Assembly: GCA_964199315.1 (NCBI GenBank)
Contig: OZ116700.1
Span: 3,472,001-3,536,000, forward strand
Source: Orbicella franksi
Lineage: Eukaryota
Direction of reading: 5' to 3'
DNA length: 64,000 nucleotides
Part shown: positions 57,701-64,000 of the stretch, one piece after another
Position numbering within the stretch: position 1 is the stretch's first letter
Layout of the letters: the number at the start of each line of letters is the position of its first letter
Notes under the pieces: model-generated
What the model saw: only the letters and a program-made list of their open reading frames with translations
Told to the model about the DNA's origin: nothing
The model's database searches: none
Program-made: the position numbers and the translations under genes

Positions 57701-60700
57701 TTCTATGGGAGAGGTGTGAATATTTTCTGGAGGAGCAAACTGTATGACAGTTATGATCTTAGTTAACCATGACTAATCTTTAAATTTACATGTATTTTTA
57801 TTAAGTATAATGATCTTTCTACGAGGATTATTATTTCTGTCCTCTTTGTTGATCACATGTGATTCGCCAGTCTTGAATCTTCAGCTGAGATATTTTCTGA
57901 ATTTTCATTTGACACTTGTTAATTTTAACCTTTCAGTGTCATGGCTTCAGGCTTACTTGAATCAACTGGTGATTTTCTGGAGTCAGAGTTGGATCAGAGT
58001 TGTTCTGACCTTCACAATAACACTGATCAAAGTGATGATCTCAGGTACAGTATTCATTTTTTTGTATGATGATTAGTATGATCACTAAATTCATAAAAAG
58101 AATGACTTTGTGATGACTTTTTAAATTCCAGTCCAAACAAATTATACATGGTGGAAGAGCTGTCAGCAATAAACAATAAGAATTGCCAAGAATGGAAAAA
58201 GTCATGCAACAGAAACAGTATTGATATCCAGAATTCTTCGCATATCCTTATCACCTTGATCCTTGAGCTCTCCTATCCCTGTCGGCCGTCTTTCCCTATT
58301 CTCAACTCCTGGGAATGACACTTGGGAATGACGCTTGGAGGACTGCCAGTGACTGTTCAGAGAATACCCCATCAATGCCAATCCCTAAAAGGTCACTTAC
58401 CTTATTAGGGAGAGGGGGTAGCCCATTCTGCCATTTTTGGTTGTACTGATTTGATGGATTCTGACAAGGTTACATTCATTCTTGGGTTGTTTTTTGGACA
58501 GACGGAAGGTACTAGAAGCTTGCCGAGGTTTTAAACACCTGTTTAATGAGGCGAGAGAAAGGGCTTGTAAAGCCCTTGGCTTCACCAAGAAACTTCGAAA
58601 TGACCTAGAAAATGCTGCAAAGTTCAGCATTGATGTCCCCATGTATGAGTTGTTGACGAGATTGGAAGCCAGTGGACATGTACAGGTATAGAATCTTTTA
58701 AATGATTAACCCTTTGAGCAGATTTATTGTTGTCAAAAATTATTCAATACTATTCAATACAGATTAGTAGAGGCAGGCACTGATGATAGCAATGAAACAT
58801 TTTTCTGTTGTAGTTGTTGTTGCTGTTGTTTTTGTTTTCTATTGTTGTCAAACATTTTTCTAGTTCTTTTTCCATGTGGTTAGTTAGTATAGGAAGCAGC
58901 TTATCCTAATAGAGGGGCAACACGTATGTATCTTAATTTGCAATCATGAACAAACCAAAAACTATCGCAATTCTTGACTGGAAATTTATCACAGTGGGCT
59001 AGTCAGAAGCTGACAGAAGTGAGTTTTCACTCAGCACCAGTTACTTGTTAACATGCGTAAGCCTTGGAAGTGATGCTCAGTTTTAATTTAGTTTTGTTTG
59101 ACTGATTGTCAATTCAGCACGCTTTCTAGTGCTTTGTTGTTTGGTTGGATCTATAGCAATGCATAGGGCTAAAGGAAACTCAAGTTTACATTATGATGTT
59201 TCAAGTCAAATGACAAATGAATACTAGCAACAATTTGTAATATTACTGTTTTCCAGGTTGTGGCAAGACACACTGCTGGTCTGTTTATGTTTGTGCCAAG
59301 AGCCATGGTTAAAAAGAAATGGTTTGTGTAACTGGTGTTATAATATTAGTTTATTACTGTTCAGTAATAATGATATAGGATATCTGTTCTTTGAACTGTA
59401 CGATTCCCTTAGTCCCTGGGGAAATTCATCAAGTTCATTCACAGCCTGGTCCATCCTTGGTATACATGTAATAATGCTGGTGATACAAACACAAAACATA
59501 AAACGGTGAGAACATTTAATAAATAGAAACATAATCATTTTTACAATGCATTTCAGGGGTTTCATTAATTCAGCAGGAGGGTAACTGGTTTTCATGGGTG
59601 GCAAAACATTTTGAACTGAACTTCTTTTATAACAAAAACTTCCCTCTAGATAGTCAAACCAAGTGGGCAACATCACAGGCACAGGCAGATAATTTGCTTT
59701 AATGAAACCCTTGGCATTTACACTATGGAAATTAACTAATTAATACCGGATTCTGCATTGTTTCCTTGCCATTACAGCCAAATCATCCACCTCTTGAATT
59801 CCTGCTGTGTTCAAGAAGAATTTGGTGACCAAGTTGTTTCTGACTGTTCTGGATACCTCCTGATCATGCCATCGTGTGATGCAGATAGTGGGAACGAGAC
59901 ACCAGTGTCATGGAACGGCAAGAAGGTGGTGGTCAATCCGACGATGGATGCTGCCATTGGTCTAGCAGATATACAGGTAATATCATGCATGTTAGAGACT
60001 TTTTATCTCCCTGCTGTCTTGGCATGATAAGATCTACCTGACCTGCTTTTTGTTGCTCTTTGTAATGGAACTGATGTTCCAGATGATATAAATTTCCTGA
60101 ATGCAGTTAGGGATCAGTACCAGAGGGTGCTTTCTATTAAACCAAAACTTCTGGAAGGAAACAGGTGCAAATGGAATAGAAATTTCCCTGGAGGGTTTCT
60201 GTTAAGTGCAAAAAATTGTCAAATTCCTGAACTGCAAACTATTCAACCTAAAATTCTGCCAATTCTGGGAGGAAAATTACTGGAAGGGAAATTCTTGGTC
60301 AAACATTTTCAAATAATTATTGTTGTATACCCCATGTGGTTGTCCTCTTTTTTTAGAAATACTCCACTGAAAATTTTCAGGAACTCAGACGTGAATTTTT
60401 AGTCAAATGGAAAGTGCAACTCTTTGATGGTGAATTGTTGTTGTGAGATTGGACTGAGCGTGCCGTTTTGGTTTCATAGTTGCCTAGCAACCGATCTCAC
60501 TTCACACTTTGATGGCATGACAACTTTGGTGGCACAACAACAGTTGTTTGAGTGAATAATAAAACTTGGAAATATTATGAGACAATGAATGCTTCATCAA
60601 AAATTTGAGGAAAAAATTCTGTTCTGCTGTAAACGTCTGCACATTTAAAACTTCTCTTGCATAAAACTATTGAATTATATTTAGTGCATTCCAATCCTTT

Positions 60701-63700
60701 CACCTTGTTCCTGACAGACAGTGTATTTGTTTGTTAATTTTTTTATCTTTTATGTCTCAGGTTGGGGGTATGATATTGGTGGTACATAACTCCAAGGAGT
60801 TGGATGTTCAGCGTAAACTGTTTCTGGAGAGCATGAGTTTATCAGTCAGCATTGTCAAGCCAAGAACATCAAGCCATCAGGCCATTTCAGAAGCTCTTGA
60901 TGAACTGCAGGTTTGTTTTTTTGTTGTTTGTTGTAGAACTCTTCTTCAGCCTATTAGAGACATTAGAATGGTTTCAACATTGACGTAAACATTGGTTTGG
61001 TATCTATAACAAATTGATCTGGTTGATGTGTCTTAAGCAAGTGTGAAATTCGTCTACTTTTAGGGGTGATGTTGCTTGTAAAGTGTGAATGTATCCATAG
61101 CAACCATTTACACAGCAACAATTTATTAGACAGTGACAGAGTCAGTGGCAGAGTCAGAGGAGGGTGTGGGAACAGGGCTCTACAAGAGAGCAACAAAGCA
61201 GCAGGGACATTAAGCTCAGGAGGGTCTTGCAACCCCCCACCCTACCCACCCAATCCTCCAGGTTGCCCTGACATAAATGTCCACTGTAGAAGGATTCTGA
61301 CCAGGACTGTTACTGATTCTGCTTACCCTAAATTGCATTTTATATTATGGTGGCAGAGTGGACTATACATATTTCCTAATTTCTCAAAAGTTATTTTCTC
61401 CACAATGTTGAAACCAAGTCTTAAGTACAAGTAACCATGAGTTTGATTACTACATGTGTTCAAACTTAGTTTACAACAAAGGAAATAACTTTCTGTAGGA
61501 TGCATGTCTCACTCTCCGTGAAGGAATTGTCAGTGCTGTGGAAAGAGTTGATGAGAACTTGGATCTTGATAGCATGTTTGAAATGGAAGAGACAGAGAAG
61601 GCCATGGTTTATCAAACTTACACAGAAACCATGCACCTGTGTTATAACTTTGGTTTTGAGGTACATAAAACTTGATTGTGTTTTGTTCAAATGAGTGCAT
61701 AGGGGACTCTTCCATGAAGTCGGAGACAAACAGTGTAATCTTACCACGTGATGAAAGCAGATTGTTTTTGTTCAGTGACAATTTTCACAATGACCATGAG
61801 ACAGACAGTAAAAACTTGCAAAAAGTTGACTTGAGAGCCCCCTTATTTCTGTAATAGTCATGCCAATTCAAGTTTCATGGAAAATCCATGGGCACCAGTG
61901 AGAAAGACCATGAAATTTAGAATCTCTATTTGCATGACCATGAAAGATGGGATTGTGGGTTATTAAAATTTCTTTAACAGGATTTTCATCAAACTGGAAT
62001 TTATAATAATTATGGTACATTATGTTTCTCCTTACATTTTATCAAATGCAGTGACAGAGATAATTTGGTTTTATAAACTGGGTTGTTAATGTGAATTGGC
62101 CACTGTAATGAGATTCAAAAGCTGATGTTTCAAGCGTTAGCCCTTTGTCGGAGCGAATTGGTGTGCAGAGAGCGCACAGTGACAGAGAGATAGGCAGTAA
62201 CAACATGAATAACCATTTTTTACAAACACTCAGAACGCATACTGCAAGACATTTCAAATACTATGTCATAAAAGAACGCACGTTGCAAGACATTTCAAAT
62301 ACTATGTCATAATCCATTTTGTATGAAACAGTGCAAGGTTGAGATTGAATCACTAAAATAATTTTTCTTATAAATAATTTTTCAGTACCAGAAAGAGGTA
62401 GCACGCTTAGTGTTCGGGAAGAGAAAGGACACTCTTGGACACAAGATGCTGGCATTTGCCAAGAAATGGATGAAGTTTGTGATGTCAAAGTGTGAGAGGG
62501 GAAGAGGCACAAGACCAAGGTACAGAATTGTTCCCAGTTCAGCACCATGACTTTCTTTGCGGCATGGTGTCATGCATGTAATTGCTGTACCGTAATTCAC
62601 AATTGGCCAATCAGAAACCATGTGTACTGTCCTGATATCCTGTGATGCCAAGAAAACATAAATCAGAAAAACGAATGTAGTTTACATTAGTTTTTGAAGT
62701 GACATTTTTTAAAACATGATGGTTTTTTATTTAACCTTGTTTCATGTTGTAATCTGAAACAAAACTAGGTAAAGATTAAACTGGTTTGAAACAAACCTCA
62801 TCATAAGCACTTCCGTGAGAGTAAAGTGTCTTGCCCACGAACACAACACAATGTCCCTGGCCAGGGCTCAAACCCGGACCGCTCCATCCGGAGCACTAAC
62901 CTTGAGGCCACCGCACCTCCCAAATCCCATCCAGGGGGGAGTACAAATACTCCTAATTGCTTCATGCTACAGAAACCGGAGACAAGTGCTGGTCTGATGG
63001 GCCACTTGGCTCGTATGCAAACTTAACCTTTTCCCTGTACGTGTTGAGGGCAAGTGTAGTCACCTGATTATTTACTTGGCTTTCTATACAGATGGGCCAA
63101 CCAAGGACTTGATTTCCTTACTGTGGCTTGTGACCCTAAGACGTTGACAACTTTGGCAGAGTCTGCTTTTCAGGTAAATTGAAATTACAGAAATGTTTTC
63201 TATTGAAGTTAAATTAAGGTATGGATCTTAGTTATTGTACTGTGCATTCATCATTACCTTAAATTGAAGAGCCTACATGTTGGTCACTGTATTTTAGCTA
63301 TTAATTCTGTTTATTTTGGTTAGTTATGAGCTTTTAAGTTCAAATCAACAGAGCAGCAATCTTTTATGGGTAAAACTACAGCCACACAACAAACAAGGAG
63401 GATATCTGAGCAAAAATGGCACTGTTGTAAAAACTGGAAAAACGTCGGCTGACGTTTTTCAAGTTTGCCCAAATGCAATCCGTTTTAATCAAACTTGCCC
63501 ACTCACGCCCTTTTGGAGGTTTTGTGTTTCTCTTGAGTGTTTATACAAGTACAGTTTTAAGATATCATCGTGATATTTCAGTTAATTCTGTGACCATTTC
63601 ATTAACACTAAAGCTGCCTAAAATTACATGATCAGGCCCCTTGAAGTTATCTTTTGGCTACACCATTTGTTGCCTTTTGTAGGAGTTAAAGAAAGAGATC

Positions 63701-63761
63701 AACACGTGTATCTGTCACGTTATTGGCAGTGCAGAGAGCTGTAGTGGAACAGCCAGTCCAG
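51792..63761 (+). CDS. MAP3K4: Mitogen-activated protein kinase kinase kinase 4 (MEKK4/MTK1), N-terminal regulatory part, 3'-partial
   Basis: Phase-consistent exons: 51792-53469, 54263-54993, 55583-55741, 56889-57046, 57937-58044, 58502-58685, 59257-59321, 59778-59976, 60761-60910, 61499-61660, 62386-62519, 63092-63173, 63683-63761. MAP3K4-family motifs: FYRTFSLLIKLGS, LWLELQAWHA, ENLYPT, LWLNVT, LPSFRSLYLFL, LFNEARERACKALGF, FGFEYQKE, KCERGRGTRPRWANQG. The kinase domain must lie beyond the window. Confidence 0.92.
56232..56476 (-). mobile_element. Relative of the aatcttcggaa element
   Basis: ctgacgattttccgaagatttccaaccactttctgaagtttttcaaagattttcc is the reverse complement of the 40266 repeat array. 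Confidence 0.55.
57348..57637 (+). mobile_element. SINE S1, full length, heavily CpG-decayed
   Basis: Head ggcatggtggcctcatggctagtgc (box A), gggttcaagccc (box B), central domain, tail gcctgatgggtcacttggctcgtaagcaaacctt. Confidence 0.85.
60125..60420. mobile_element. Harbinger-type MITE (gggcgctttccattcaacc family)
   Basis: gggtgctttctattaaacc / tcaaatggaaagtgc ends; a fresher left end of the same family starts at 63975. Confidence 0.6.
62058..62158 (-). mobile_element. Penelope-like element terminal fragment with a degenerate minimal hammerhead ribozyme
   Basis: Minus strand tcgctCCGACAAagggctaacgcttGAAAcATCagc, compared with the CTGACGA-stemII-GAAA-GTC type I pattern known from Penelope-like termini. 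Confidence 0.65.
62232..62312 (+). repeat. 41-bp tandem duplication
   Basis: agaacgca..tgcaagacatttcaaatactatgtcataa twice. Confidence 0.9.
62813..63031. mobile_element. Rearranged SINE S1: 5' half inverted (62813-62920) joined to 3' half in sense (62924-63031)
   Basis: Direct comparison with the 57348 copy; about 75 nt of the central domain is missing at the junction. Confidence 0.8.
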
Positions 63762-63974
63762 GTAATTGTTGTGTTTTAAGTTTTTAGCATGTCAATTTAC
63801 AAACTGTTGAATAATAAACACAACCAATAGACGAGCTTCTGGAAAAAAAAAGAAAATGCAAACTTCGTCTGCACTAGCTGGAAGATAAAGCTCATTAAGT
63901 GCCTGTAACCTTTATCCACGTGACCACACCGCTGACCATTATGGTCTTGCTGGTCTAACTTCATTTAAGGCTAA

Positions 63975-64000
63975 GGGCGCTTTCCATTCAACAAAAAATT
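63975..64000. mobile_element. Left end of a Harbinger-type MITE running off the window
   Basis: ctaa gggcgctttccattcaacaaaaaatt. Confidence 0.55.

Noticed and set aside
58395-58404. Perfect antisense donor AAG|GTAAGT in a MAP3K4 intron
   Set aside because: About one such match is expected by chance in a window this size; no accompanying exon or ORF.
745-62651. Many minus-strand ORFs over exons (745-1011, 2233-2526, 48326-48811, 52244-53527, 54459-55075, 58397-58642 etc.)
   Set aside because: Antisense shadows of real coding exons; no independent motifs or splice support.

Overview
Eukaryotic, intron-rich, AT-rich genomic DNA, most likely from a stony coral or other anthozoan (inferred from the repeat families and gene content; no database search was possible). 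Seven protein-coding loci can be built with phase-consistent GT-AG splicing: (1) the 3' 24 exons of androglobin (ADGB, +, <1-20343); (2) an orphan, largely disordered protein on the minus strand with two PP1-docking-like RVxW motifs (20976-21920); (3,4) a head-to-head pair of paralogous two-exon secreted proteins sharing an unnamed Cys/Trp globular domain (24094-26133 minus; 31198-33713 plus); (5) a small coiled-coil protein (36268-36807 minus); (6) an intronless mos kinase (48143-49285); (7) the first 13 coding exons of MAP3K4/MEKK4 (51792->63761, kinase domain outside the window). Introns and intergenic DNA carry many MITEs, tRNA-derived SINEs, a 1.8-kb TTAA-flanked foldback and an old duplicated non-coding block. 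Most notable: the androglobin globin domain appears to have a distal His (E7) but Asp in place of the proximal heme-ligating His (F8; GAT, one base from CAT). Also notable are the divergent secreted-protein pair with a charge-swapped loop, a mos 3'UTR with CPE/Musashi/Pumilio-type motifs, ADGB-MOS-MAP3K4 linkage matching a vertebrate paralogon, a SINE with twin-priming geometry and a decayed Penelope-type hammerhead. No tRNA, rRNA or CRISPR loci were found.
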